From Ramazzottius varieornatus (taxonomy: Eukaryota > Animalia > Tardigrada), in the NCBI GenBank assembly GCA_001949185.1, contig BDGG01000001.1, positions 5,633,527-5,697,526 on the forward strand: a DNA stretch of 64,000 bases. The letters run 5' to 3'. This document shows, one piece after another, positions 11,625 through 25,389 of the stretch (positions within the stretch are counted from its first letter, which is position 1; each line of letters starts with the position of its first letter). The translations under genes were made by a program, and so were the position numbers. The notes under the pieces are model-generated. The model saw nothing but the letters and a program-made list of their open reading frames with translations, was not told the DNA's origin and made no database searches.

Positions 11625-14600
11625 TTAATGGCGGGTGGCGGGGGAAGGAGGGACAGCGAAGGACCCTGACGAGACGAACAGTTCGGGGTAGAAGGGACCT
11701 TTGGGACGAAGAACTATTTCTTCACCGATTGGAGCGAACTCCGAGCCGTAGAGGTTGTGTTGGTAGGCTTGTTTGATCTGGTGACGGTGTTCTTGTTCCA
11801 GGCGAGTCACGCAATCGATCAGTTCATCGATGGTGTCCATCCGACACTTGGCTTCCAGTCGACGGAGCGAGTCGGCGGAAGTCAACTCCTGCCTACAATT
11901 CTCTGCAAAAGAGAACACAAACCGGTTAAAGAAATTTCTTTGAAGTGAAACTCATCTTTAATCATCAGTTCATCAAGAAAATTTCTAACCCAAACAAAGT
12001 TTATTGGGTGCACCAAATAGAAACCGAGAGTCCAGTTCAGTAAGGCCAATGAACGGCAACCTGATTTATTTTTGGGTGTACTATTCTCGCTAATTTGGTC
12101 ATGTTGACGCAAACGAAGGGTGTTCGACGAGACTTTTGAAGTTCTTTATAGCTCACCGTGTAGTCTGTCGAGTTTATCCCTGTTTTTCAACAGAAGACAA
12201 TGGACTTTCTCCATCTCCCTCGTCACGTTGATATTCACCGGTAAGTCTTTCACCTTGTCTGTCGCCACACTTCCGCCCATCCCTCTTTCCAACGACTTCG
12301 CATCGGTATACCCACTACTGAACTCCGAGCTCGGTCTGGCACTTCGACGGGACAGAACGAACCTCAGTGCGTCCATCCACTCTTTGGCTTCGACAGAGCT
12401 GGCTGCCTGCAGACACAGCTGTCGATCACTTGCCGTGATCTGAAAGACGTCTCGAAAGTCCAATTCATCGCCGTTCTTGAGGTACTCGACGGACAGGATC
12501 TCGCTGACTGGAATGTGGTGTGAGGCAAACATGGGATCTTTGCCGTAGGAAAGCTCTTCCATCGTCAGCTTGAAGTAGCGTCGATTGGTCGAACGGCGAC
12601 CGAACAGCGACGGAGGCTGCGTCACTCGTTTCTTCAGAAACCTGAGGAACAAAAGAGCAACATTGGTAAAGCCTACAAAACCGAAGGATCGGCCCAGGAC
12701 TATGTTCACTTACCCTTTCAGCAGTTCTGCAGGAACAAACGACCGAATGACGTTCGAAGAAGACACCGTGTCCAGGAACATCTTCATCTCTTTCAGGTAT
12801 GGGTCGTACCCAAACTTCACGTGCATTTCCGTCATATACGGCTCCTTGAATCTGACCTACAACCATACAGAACATGTCAAAAACATGAATGCTTTTCACC
12901 CTTCAGGCCGTAGGCCAACAAACTCTAAAATATGGTTTTTCCCAAGCGGTGCACGTCTCTAGCCAATAAAACTGGAAACGTGCGCCACTTTGGAAATTAG
13001 CCTTATTTTAGAGTTTGCGACTTTCGCTTCGCTTCTATAGTGAGGACAACTCCAATTCTTACCTGTTCGGTGGAGTTGCTGAGGACGTTTCCCACGCTTT
13101 GCACCGCTTTCGAGACCAGCGTCAACGTTCTTGTCACGTTGTCCGACTTTCCTCCATCATTTCTCAGCCCAAAGCTCTCCGGGCTGAGGATAGCTGGCGC
13201 CACCAGTCTCAGCAGAATAAAGCCTGCGACGACCGAGTACTGGATCTCCGTTCTGTCAGGATAACGCTGCATGGCGCTGTTCCTAAGCTCGCTCAGCACG
13301 TCCGAGATGACCGACGGACAGTTAAGAGCCGAACTGGTAACGCTGTTGAGGATGTTGGACGTGTAGTTCATCAGGGCTTTCAGGTTACCCACTCGGTCGG
13401 CCGCGTTGTCCAGTTTGGCTGGGTCGATTTCGCAGTTGCGACTCTCTTCGTAAATCTTGTCGATGTGTTCTTTCAGGAAGGACTTGAGGTAGAACTTTCC
13501 AGTCAGCTTCATCAACTCATCTACGCACTTCGAGAGGAGGCTGTTGCCGCGGAAAAGCGTGTGAACATCTCTGGAACGAGAGAAACAAACCGTTACAATT
13601 AACAACAAAATTAATACTATCGAACACGAATTCTGAAGAAACGCGGGACATCGGCAAGCAATCTTAAGTGGCGCACGTTTTCGCTGTTATTAGCTGAGAG
13701 CGTGCGCCACTTGGGGGACACGATAGCGACAAGTCAATTTGCCGACGTTCCATTTCGGTTTCGCCGATCTAAGCAGGATGAAAAGACTTACAGTATGGTG
13801 TCCATTTCGAGCTTTGCCAGTTCGCGAATGACTTTGGACAGCCTATTAGTCTTGAGAAGGACTCTCACGAGCGGGATAGCCGCGCTGGTCTTGTCCTCAC
13901 AGATTTCTCCCAGAAGGAACGCTGGGCTGGCCGTTACCGGTCCACTCTTTGGTACTTTGCCGAGCATGAGTCTCAGAGGTTCGTAGTAGACGTCGGGAAT
14001 GATGATTTCGGAGGAGTAGCGAATGAAGAGTCGGACGGAACCTTTGGCTGATACTTCGTCGCGGGCTTCCAACGAGCGAGGTTGCAAGTACCACCAAGCT
14101 TTGTGCTTCTTGGTCCCGTTGAAGTTGCTGCCTAAAGGGACTCGGACTTCTCCGAGGAAGACATTTCCCCACACACCGGTCGATTCGTGCCAGACTGAGA
14201 ATTTAACTTCGAGCTCGGAGAGGTTGAGGTTTTCGACGTTGAAGCAGCAGCTCTCGTCGAACTGTGGTGCGGAAGTCTTTCTCAGCGTTTTTGTTTGGTG
14301 GATAGGAAACTTTTCTCGGTTTATTGCTTTGTTCTTTGAACCTTCAGGATATTCTAGGGAAATGAGCGTGAAGGAATCGCAGTCTCGTTTTTGACTGACG
14401 GACAGCTCGCTTCCTTCTTTCAACCTGAAAAAACAAATGCAATTCCGTTGATTGACTAGATTCCAAGCAATGGCGGCAGTTACACAACAAAAAATGTCCT
14501 TGATTGGCTGATCGACTGGCCGTTCTGTACCAAGTTCAACACTGTGCTTGATTGGGCACGTGCTTGATTGATCTGAGTTTCCTTTTTCAGATTTCTTACG

Positions 14601-15810
14601 TACTTGATGGTGAGTTCTTTGCCGACTTGGTTTATTTCCAGCAAGAGCTTCCCTCTGACTTCGCTGTTGGCATCGACCGGAACAATGGGTAGCCAGTGAT
14701 CTTTTCCGCTATACTTGTGAAGATCACTCTTGGCCAAGGCCACCTTGCCCAGAGCGCCATTGCCGTTAGCGCCGTTGACAGCTGTCAGCGATTCATTCTT
14801 GTCGAAGATGCAAATATTCAGGTAGCGGAAGGGCCTTGGTATCTCGAAGCCATACTCAGCTCCAAAGTAGGGACTGCAGAGAAAGAAGAAGTCGGTGAAA
14901 GCAAGACAAGAAGCGTCAAGACAAGAAGCGTTGTAGATTAGCCGGTGAAACGAACAATCGGTTTGTGAGTCACGTGGACAACCAGCAGGTGCAGACAGCA
15001 AACTGTCCACGTGGCCGAATGCACTCAACAAACGGCGCGCAGTGCTCACCATCCATGCTGTACACACAGAATGCGCACGCCAAGGCGAGACATGCACATG
15101 AGCAACAGGTTCATGGATGGCAAGCAATAAAGCACTCATCAACAGCTTATGACGCACTATGCAAATGAATGGACGTAAACACCACAATGCATGCAATTAT
15201 GTCGATGACGAATTATGAAATGACTCACTTGAAATTGTTCTTCACCGTTGCCGTCGAGTAGATCTGCTCCTGATCGAGATTGACGGTGCAGTAGGTGCTG
15301 CGATATTTCGGAGAGGTGCTTGACCGCGGTGGGAGATTCTTCAGTTCACCTGGGGAAGATTCCACGATGAAGTCATTGTGTGATACAAGATCAAACCATC
15401 AGATATCAACAATGGAAAAAATCACAATGCCTCGGTACATCCACGCACAGGAGCACGTGGAACTGTGGCTAATGCCATAGAAGCACGTGACATGTTGCAC
15501 TGGTTTGATAGTACTGCATCGTCGTAACCAAACCACGTTCCTTCAATCGACGCAAGACAATCCCGTGCTCTTACGCAAGCCACAGATAACCACGTTGACA
15601 TATGCGCGACTCAAAAGGTAGAATATGAATCTTAACTTCCATCACTTTCAACGTTGACCACTTCCGTTCTCGCTTCACTGTTTTCAACCTCTCATTCTTC
15701 AACATTCGTTGAATTCAGTGGAGTACAAATTACTGCGGCAGGTTCCACTTACAGATTTTGACGTTGAGGGTTTCCATCACTTGGATTCGTCCAGGATCAT
15801 CAGCAAGCAT
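11625..15810 (-). CDS. GAP1-family Ras GTPase-activating protein (RASA2/RASA3-like; C2-C2-RasGAP-PH)
   Basis: N-terminus MLADDPGRIQVMETLNVKI; two C2 domains (SPYFGAEY, FLGEVRVPL); arginine finger TLFRGNSL; LRLVAPAILSP; PH domain; C-terminal YGSEFAPIG. Multi-exon. Confidence 0.92.
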
Positions 15811-16320
15811 GTTGGTGAATGAACAGATCCATCCAATATTAAAAACAAGAATTCCAAACGCACACTTCCGGTCAGCCCTATTCCGTGACGTTCACGGAAA
15901 AGATGGGTTTCAGTTTCCCAAAGGCCGAACAGATCCGTAAAATTGGTTGTGCTGCCAGAAGCAGATTCAAAGAAACAACGTCATGAAAAGCTCAAAAAAT
16001 ATCAATGCGTATTTTCATTGAGAGAAATTTTGTGCTGCGTGGGCCAGAAAGCAATCAGACTGACTCGAAGCATGACACACGACCAGCCAAACTTCTTATC
16101 GGTAACTTTTCCGGCAAATGATTCAGCGCAGCTGCCCTGTCTCTTGCTCGGTCGGTTATACGCACCGCAATGAGAAGCAGCACTCTGGCTTAATTTGCCG
16201 GCTTGGGCGTGAATGACGTGGGAAACGGGTGATGGCCTGCCGTATAGGCCATGGACTGGACTAATGAAAGGCAGCGCCAATTATTAGGCAAACGAAACTG
16301 GCCCAAGGTGGAAAGTGACG

Positions 16321-16467
16321 TACTGTAATGCTTCATGGACTTCACGAAGTACGTCATCATACGCGTACAGTTGAATACCGGTCGGAAAATTTTGCCCTAC
16401 TAACCCCCTAATGGATCTTTGGCGCCTACGATAATGTGCTTCGCGAAGTTCATGAAGCATTACAGTA
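16321..16467. mobile_element. TA-flanked 147-bp MITE (same family as 45317-45463)
   Basis: TACTGTAATGCTTCATGGACTTCACGAAG / CTTCGCGAAGTTCATGAAGCATTACAGTA. Confidence 0.8.
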
Positions 16468-17680
16468 TGTGGCTGGCTGCTCCGCCCTTCCCTAGGCCTA
16501 CCGTGTCAGGAGTCGCCGTAGACGCACCGCATATCCAGTTTTCTGAAGATGACCAACGCAAGCTTGAAGATTAGTCGGTCCTCCCCGTTGTACAGCTTCT
16601 CAGGTTATGGAAAACCAGGATGAAAGTAGAACAACTCACTGGGAGCTACGAAAAGCCTACATCCCTTCGACAGTGAAGCGTGTTGCAGAATTTACGAGTA
16701 GAAAGTGACAGATGCCGATAGTTTCTAGCGTGAAACAAATTACTTTGTTTGTGAAACGGACAGATCGATAAGTCCGACAGGCCGTAAATCAGCACAATTT
16801 TCTAGAGAAAAATAGCCGAAGGAGGTGAAGAAGTGTCTGCCAAGCAAGCGAAGTTGGGTGTGCCTTGCTCCGTGTCATGAATTTACTTTGACGGAGAATT
16901 ACGGCGCCGTCAATGGCCAGTTTTCTGAACCGTGTCATTTTCTTGATGGGAAGTTTCCATCTCGTTGATTACCTATTAAGCGTTCATCACTTTGCCAAAA
17001 CAAACCACGGCGAGGTTACGAACAGTGGTAGACACTGTAATATCGGTTTGAGAAAATCCAAATACCAACACCGACCATGACGTCACTGCGCCGCAGTGAC
17101 CACCATCCAAGGACGTATCAAGGTCCCTGAGGGCCCGCAGTTTGGCCCTTTTCCTACAAGTTTTCATGGAATATCAGTCAGGGCTGTGTCGGGGACGGGT
17201 CTGACAGACAACTTCGTTGCCACCATCAGATTCTGTCTCAGATACCGTAGCGAAAAATGGCCACAGCTTTTCTCTTGCCGTGCTGCCAAAGTGCCAATAC
17301 TGCGGGGGGAGCTCGCTTTTGCGCAGTCATGGTTAGAATCAACACAGATGTCATTCTCGAATGCCTGAACTGCCGCACATGGTTGCAGCGGTGTTCGTTC
17401 GGACAAAGGATCCCGCTGTGCTGCCTTCAATCATACTTGATGAAATGAAGGAAAAAATGTGCTTTTGTGTAGGACAGGTACTGACGTGAACGACTTGTTT
17501 GCTCTCTCGCAACTGCATCCTAAAATTACTGGTCAAACAAAGTTGCAAAAATATCGCCAAATATAGTGAACAAAAGCAGTTCAACGCTACCAAGACTTGT
17601 TGCTGCAGCCACACAACGTCGCCGTGAAAGAGTAAGAAAGCCGACAAAATTAGTTTGCTTCATCTTTGAGGAAAAGAAAC

Positions 17681-19462
17681 TCAGACCTCCCACTCATCGT
17701 CCTCTTCCGTCTGGTTCCCGTTATCGTCTAAACAGAAAGCATAGTACTGTACTATGTATGTACACTCCCCGGGAAGATAACCGACAACGAACGTACCTTG
17801 TAGAGCCACTGCTTCCCTTCTTTGTGCCAATGCTCTGGACAGAATTTGAGCCATGGTATCCAGGCCGACTTCCTCGTTGCTTGATGGACGGCTGGTTGTA
17901 GTTGTGTGGGAGAGCACCTATGGTGGACCACCGGTCAAAGTTACCGGAACTCTGAGAAAAGGGATATTCGTGTTACCGGTCTTAACGCATGCTTTGTCCG
18001 GATGTCGCTCATCAGTTTATCCCGATCAGTCAGGGGTCGCGACTCGGTCAATACATTCTCGCTGGCCGACTTCCTCAACGTAAATCCTTCAGAAATAGCA
18101 TCGAGTAGAGCGCGTCGAGGCGCTGGTGGCGCCAGAAGTAACGGTGGAGGTGGCGGTGGCGGAGGAGGCAAGCTTTCGTACAGTGCATCAGTGGCCTTCG
18201 GTTCTTCGACGTCGTGGTATACCAGCGGAGGTGGCGGTGGAGGTGGCGGTGGCGCCACTGGTGGGGGTCTTTCCTGGACGGTAGGTGGCGATTGTTCCAC
18301 CCGACCAGGTTTGATCCCAGTTGTCGTACTACTGATTCTTGGTGGCGGTATAGGTGATAGTTTACGACTGTGATCGGTTTTCACCGTCCTTCTCCGAATG
18401 CCTTCCACTCCACCCAGATTTTGCTGTATGAAATTATAGATAAACTCTTTTTCTTTTGCGTCCTTACCGCTAACGTCGATTCCGGCCTTATTCAAAAGCC
18501 ACAACACCAGTGGGTCGTGTTCGTCAAATGACAATTCACCTTTGGGATCCCATCCAATATGTGATACGTGTCTGCACAGATTTTCTGTTTTTTAATACTG
18601 AGTTGAAAATGAGGACGACACCGTTTGAAACTCATGTGCATACTTACCGGAAGTCAGTCGGCTCACCAATCTCGGTTTTGTCGAGTACTCTCCCTTTTTT
18701 ATTTTTGCTTTTGAAACGTAGAGTCTTCTTCCCAGTACTGGCTAACGACTCAGTTGAGCGGGACACTGGAGCTTGCACTCCGAGTAGGTAAGAACTCGCA
18801 GCCTGGCCAGGGTAAGGTTTAGGTAACCCGGAAGTGTTCGACGGAAACACACTGCCGGGCGCCGTCTTCGGTATCTTATCTGCAGGTTGCGCCAAAGGTA
18901 CAGACGAGTTGTTTATCTTCTTCTGTAAAGCTACCAGCTTTTGCGTAACATGATGATAAAACTGTTGAGCGTCCTGCTCGTCGGCAAAGTTGAGTGCTAC
19001 CATACAAGTGTCAGCCTCGAATGCGTGAGCAAAACTTGTGGTCTGAACGTACTCCATCTCGGAATAGACTTCCTGTCTCCAAAGGAGAACTCCGCGGCCA
19101 TTGTCGAACGTGAGATCGAAAAGACATATGAAGAAAGAGCGGCAAGAGAAATCTTTCAAAAGGGAAACCACGCCAGTAGCAAAGGGACTCCATTGTCGGT
19201 GATCTGGACCATCCGTAACCAAAACTTGGCAGACACTCCAGCAGATGTTCTGAAAGAAACGTTAGTGCAACTAGTACGAAATTGTTTCCAGCAATTGTAC
19301 GGCACACTACGATGTAGTCACTAGAAAAAGGTTAATAAAGTGCTTGTGGTGCAATGTGGAACATACTTGGCAGTCTTTCGGGACCAAGCTGAATAGGGTA
19401 TCATTTTCCTGTTTTGTAAGCAAACGACAAGGTTGATGCGCAAGGGACTCACCAGACATCAT
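17681..19462 (-). CDS. WASp: Wiskott-Aldrich syndrome protein family member (WASP/N-WASP)
   Basis: WH1 (LLWRQEVY, ALNFADEQDA), basic region, CRIB EIGEPTDFR|HVSHIGWDP, polyproline runs, two WH2 motifs, central helix, acidic EEDDEWEV end. Confidence 0.95.
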
Positions 19463-21925
19463 AGCAAATGTACCGAAAACTATTTAAGCCAAACAGTTTC
19501 GTGCTACCTAGGTGGACTATTTTACAGTACACGTCATAAAGATGTGGCGGTACTTTATGAAACCGACGATGGAGCTCTGCGTGTGACTGTGCGAGTATGC
19601 TTCTCTGCTCCTAAAGGTACCTCGTTATCTACCTGCTTCCGAACGTCATTGTTACGATCACTGATAAGGATGACACTCGGCGGTGACAGCACAGGAAAGT
19701 TGAGGAAACGTTTCCTTACTTTACCCGAGGGAACGACTGAAAAACCAACCGCACTGTTACTCGGAGGTCGACGGGCCACAGGTGGTACGTCACCGCTTAA
19801 TACAGAATTTTTGTTGTATTTGCTTGTTCAACGAAGCGCATTGGCCATACGCCCTCATTGGAAAGCAAACACGGTTTGGACGGCGGATTAGAAGCCATTC
19901 GTGTGCTTTGATGTCTTCACGACACTGTTAGTCCGCGTGGGGGAACTGGCCGCTTGTGTAACAAGGATTGGACGTATCATATCCGAGACATGGACATGAT
20001 ACAGACACAGGCCAGAATTCACTAAAAACCCAGCAGAAACCGCACAAAAATACACAGATATCGTAGGAAGAAATTGCTGATCTAGCAGAGGAAAACGGGA
20101 AGAAAGATATTTCTTCTACAAACAATTTCTCGTCTGAGTGTTGAACGGCTTCAGTCTTATCAAAGCAGCAGGCAGAAAGCTGCAAAATTAGATCGAACAC
20201 AAGACTTTACCGGGGACAGCCCCACAGCTCCGACGACACCGATCTTCACCGGTCGCATGAAGTTTTGATGACACACCATGGCATCTTCCAACCTTGACCA
20301 GACCAACTGTCCCGGGTATGCTCGTGAGCCTCGCATCTCGCCTGCCAGGCGTGCCCAGCAATTCTCTACCTGCAGGGAAGAGAGCAAGATTAGAGTATGG
20401 AACGGTGAGAGGAGGCTTGATAAAGTGCAGCACGGCCTGATCAGTCATGTCAAGGCCGTTCCCAGACATTGGGCTCAATCAACAATCAAACTTTGATTGC
20501 TGATTGACCGAGAGTAAGGCATGCATGATCATGCACCAAAGCAAAGGGCAAGCTTTTACCGCTTTGCTCTGACAACGTTGACTTTTTTGGCTGGTGTGAT
20601 CATCTTTGTGAATGCTATCGTCCTCTCTCTGGAGCTTGGCCAGTCACGAGAATGTAGACTAACAAAACAAATACAAATACAGTCAAGACAAGTCAAACAG
20701 AAAGGGATGGTCGTCATAGCTGAATCTCACCCGATATTCTTACCTGATATTTGCGGCCAGCAGCTCCACCATCTGGGGCAATCCCCTCCGCTCATCCCAG
20801 TGTCTCTTCTGACTCCTTTGTATCCTCCGTCTCCATTCCCAGGTTGTCAGCTTTAGACGGTAGCAAGGCAACCGAAAAGACGAGGCAGAAACGAAAAAGG
20901 GACCAGACCAAACGAAAAGCCCAGCCGTTGAAGTTGAAATTTGAAAATCAATTTCGAAATTTAGCCAGGCTGCAGCCTGCAGGCTGACTTGCTCAAGCTG
21001 AGCGAGTGTCAATGACGTCAAAAGCGCGCAGAGCACGATGGCTTGATCGGCTTGATTGGTCAACAGCGCGTGTCTCGGAGATGTACGGTATCGAGGAGAC
21101 TGTTCTCTGCATGCATTGGCCTATGTTTTACATGGTGTGGAAATTCTCTGTTTTCGCTTTCCAGTGAGGGACGCGCGCTGGCGTTTATGGTGAACTCTTC
21201 ATTTCTATGCGTTAGCAGACAATCGACCTGGTACTCATCGCTCGAGAATCGAGACCACTATCGTACCCTGTTCGAATATCAGTGGAATACTTCATCTCGC
21301 TAAGATTGTAATCCGAGGTTCCGAAGTTCCTTAGCAAACTAGTGCGATCGAAATACAGTCTTGAGTACCGCTAGAGGAAGGGATCCCATCAAACGTGGAT
21401 ATTTTCAGATTTCTCACCTACTTCAGTTCCCAATTGTGTCTTCAGCATGCGTGAAACCCAACAAGCACAATGCCCATTCGATGCAACAGACACGCAAGGT
21501 GACACGACCGACACCGATGGTTCGCGTACTACAGTGTGAAGCATGAAAGAATCTGGCATCAGACCAGGAAGGAACAGACAAGTGTCTGGTGATTCGCCGA
21601 TGAATGAGTAAATGCATAGACATTTTTAACTTTTTATATCCGCTGTTTTCCTACAGTTTTCGCGGGCAGTTGTTTTTGGAGTTTGTTGGGAAGGACTTTC
21701 GCTGTGTGTTCGAGAATAGTTCCACGAATAGTAATCTCGATAGTTGTCAGGCTTTGCACGATGCACAGCACTATGAAAACGACGCTGAACATCTTACCGT
21801 CACCGCACGGCCCTCCGGTGGCGTCGGAACTCAAGCCAACTAAATCAACAAGCCACATTTGCAAGTATCACTTCAGCGACAAAACTGAAAAAAGTGCAGG
21901 ATCTTCCTTTGCTCGGTCTTCGTTC

Positions 21926-24473
21926 TCAAGCTCCGTTGTTTCCGTCAAGCTTAGCTTTCTTCACTTCTGCATCCGTATCATCTTCCGTCGATGGCGGACT
22001 TCTCTCCCTGTTGACAAAGGATAGAGCGTGAGAAAATATTACAGAAAGTAAGCAAATTGCATTTACCACGGAAGTCGTTTCGGCCGTGCCATTGGACCTT
22101 TCACGCCCGCGGTAGGAAACCTTAACATCTTGTTCTTCCGGCTACCAAAATCAGCATCCGGATGAAGAGTAAAGTTAGCCTGGATCTTGGGCTCCGGGCC
22201 GAGGATCCGTGCAATTTTGGGTTCGGACCTTCTGTTCTCAGCGATGGGGTTTTGCTTCACCTGTAAACAGCCCACAACTTCAACCACATCGATCGAGAAA
22301 AAGTGAGACGTTACCGTGCTTATAAGATTCACTTCCGGTTGAAGGTATCACCTTACCCAGCATCTTATGATGTCCCAGACGACATCGAAAGGTGCGTTAG
22401 TCTTGATAGAGTCCAGTTCGCAGTGTGTCGGAGAGTACTTATAGCCGGCATGATGGAGAGCCGAACTGTGAAAAAAGGAAGTTTCAGATAACTTTAAGAT
22501 GTTTTTATCGATAGAATTCAAAATTAATCGTCTGAACGCGTTCAACGAAGAATGAACAGTAAGTCCGGAAGTTGGTAAAGATCACGACACGTACAAGAAA
22601 TTTCTGCTGGGTATTGGCAGGCAGTGGACCACCTTGAAGATATCTTTGGACTGAATGTAGAAAGGCTGGTCGGGTAGCTCCTGCAAAAAAAGAAGCATGG
22701 TTGGCCGATCGCTCTGTGCTGATAAAAGGTGGAAAGGCTTGTCTAGTGTCCATTTACCTCTTGTATCATCGTGAGCTTTCCTCGAAGAAGGTCTTTAGTT
22801 CCGTATTGCGAAGAGTCCTTGTCAAGGTTTGACAGGAGAATAGTCACAAAAGCGTTATCGTGGATGTTGGCGTTCCAAATGGGTCCTCCGATCTTCATCA
22901 CGGTTCCGCAGATATCACAGGTACTTCCGCCACTCAGTGAAGCATTGTAAAATGCCGTCCTATAAACAGAAAGTCTCTAACTAACTCGGACTGACAAGTC
23001 TTATCGGACTGAGCGTGTCTCGTACTTATGAGGCTCACAGATAGGTTGCAGTTGGATATTGTGGCAGACGGTGCAGTTCTTCATATACGACGCCTTCCTA
23101 AGAGCAGACACAAGCATCCATGATGGTCGAAAATTACCAGTATCCAACTCCGAATAAGACTCACATGACGACTTGCTTCGCTTCTTGTGCACCTCTGTGG
23201 ACTGCCAGGAATACACGGACGTAATGGCCTTCGCGGACTGATATTAGGGGCTCAATGTTCTTGTTGTGATGCATGGCCCGGTTGGCTAGATAGTAAAGGA
23301 CGATCCTCAGGGACTGAAATCGAACAAAAAATTCAGCACTAAAAAAGCGATACACTTTAGCTGGACTCACAATTTCGTGATGGGCTGGGTTGCGGACCGC
23401 AGTTGCGCCGTATCGGGCGTAACAGGCTTCCGCGAAGTTACCACAAAGAATGGCTGTATCGGTGCACGTCGCCATCAGCAGGCCTAGTGATGAGAATGGA
23501 AGTTGAATTGAACCGAAAGGACATGACACGAAGACGACTTTCTTACCACCATCAGCAACGCATTGCAGGGCGCCTTCCACGAACGGCGAGGCGCTACCAA
23601 ACGGATCCAGATCGACTGCATGAAACCACTGTTCGTCGAAACCGCTGTTGATCATCAGGCGTCTGCGAAATCACATGCAAATCATTCCACTGGCAAGGTG
23701 ATACAAAACTAAGAAAGAACCATCACATATAGAGCACATCTTGAACAGTGGCGCATCCTGATGGCTTAACAGCGCTGAGAAGTGCGCCGCCACAAGTGAA
23801 AGCTTACCGAGCATCTTGATGGGTGACTATGACTTTGTCCGCGCAATTGTTCGCCTCCGCGTTGAGCCTGATGGCTTGGCAGGCGGTCTCATCGGAATCA
23901 TTGGCAACAACTTCAGCTACGAGTGGGCTTTGCAACGCGTATCGACAGCTGCGCAGACCCGTAGCAGCCATGGCATCCAAAACACGTGCTCGGAATGGGG
24001 GAAACTCCGAGTTGGGATTGCCATTCTCGGCCCTTCTTGCTTGCTTTTTGGCTTGCTTTTCTTCCAGGCGTATCTTGAACCGGTCCAGAAAAGCGCTCAG
24101 CACTAGACAACTGAAAGAAGAAGCAAGATCAGAATTTATGGACGAGCAGCAATGTATCAGCTGATTGGTTGACGGTGAACCTTTTGATTGGCCGGAAGTA
24201 AACATACCTCAGATCGCGATTGAACTCCTGGACAGGATTATAGAATACCTTGTCGGTGGCAACTCCAGCTGCTAGGACGGCCTTCCCTTCGCGAATCATG
24301 GTTTTGTCGGCCTCACCTTCGACAACTTCCATGTGCCCAGGTGAAGAGAAAAACCGACGAGTACCTTTGATGCAAGGACGAAGCAACCGGCTAAACTCTT
24401 GCTGGGACGAAGCTACTGCGCAGAATCCGGCGATGTTCCGGAATGTCCTGAGAGCAGAAGAGCACGCAATCAT
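21926..24473 (-). CDS. TRMT1: tRNA (guanine26-N2)-dimethyltransferase Trm1
   Basis: VFYNPVQEFNRDL, LDAMAATGLRSCRYA, VDLDPFGS, ATCTD, HYVRVF, GGPIW, SIKTNAP; about 11 exons. Confidence 0.95.
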
Positions 24474-24780
24474 AGATCGATGGTCTGACCCTTGCGGTTC
24501 AGCGGCAGAAGGTTTCGCTTGGAGATCCGCTCGAAGGAGAACGATTGAACGAGAGACTCATAAAGCGTCGAAAAAGGTGAAAAAACTGGTTACCTAATAT
24601 AGATTGCGAGCGAAAGCGCACTAGCACAATACGATACGCACAGGACATCGTGATGTTGTAGGAACAAGTACGTCTCACAATGTTTGCAAATGATTTCACG
24701 ATGTTCCTGTGCGTATCGAATTGTGCTACTGCGCTTCAGCTCGCAATCTCTATAATTATAACATCGCGATGCTCCTGGTG

Positions 24781-25389
24781 TAGAGATGGGATAAGTCATA
24801 AGTGTGAATGTGTGATTTGCCGAAATTTACCGAAACTAAATCGAACTTTTCGATTTGGTGTGAGAAGATACCGAAACTGAAAATTTGGGTGTGAGTCCCA
24901 CACCGAAAAATCGATTTCGGTGTGCGTTCGCACCAAATTGATACCAAATCGAAATCTTTAGGGAGNNNNNNNNNNNNNNNNNNNNNNNNNNNNNNNNNNN
25001 NNNNNNNNNNNNNNNAAAATTTGCCGATTTTTTGCCATATCGACAAAGTTTCCGGCTTTTTCACGGTGATTTGTGCTAGTCAGCCAAACCACGCCGTGTG
25101 GGGAAACGCTTCTACCATCTGAAGACACACCAAATAGCTCACAAACTCCCCGTTTTGGGCTAGCTCTGTCTGGTGTTTTCGTTCACAAGAGATTTTTTCA
25201 TGTTTTGGTTTACCGATTTTTCGGTGCGATTCGGTTTGGTAAATCGAAATTTCGGTGTAACGACTTACCAAACCGAAAATATCGGTGTGGACTTCATACC
25301 GAGAGTTTCGATTCGGTGTAAGAATTTACCGAATCGAAATATACCAAACCGAACGTGATCATGGTGCACTTCCGTTCGCAACCTCTGCT
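24781..25389. repeat. ACCGAAA/TTTCGGT-rich repeat, possibly hAT-derived, spanning an assembly gap
   Basis: Begins TAGAGATG; many ACCGAA/TTCGGT motifs in both orientations; N gap 24966-25015; no TSD found. Confidence 0.45.

Noticed and set aside
17257-17448. Cys-rich peptide faintly like a PHD finger (LECLNCRTW)
   Set aside because: Ligand spacing is incomplete and no gene model could be built.
17906-18373. Gly-rich plus-strand ORF
   Set aside because: Antisense shadow of the WASP polyproline exon.
20521-20856. Plus-strand peptide GVIIFVNAIVLSLE resembling an ion-channel S1 helix (a tempting CatSper pore subunit)
   Set aside because: No S4 or pore motif follows, and the splice signals here are on the minus strand.
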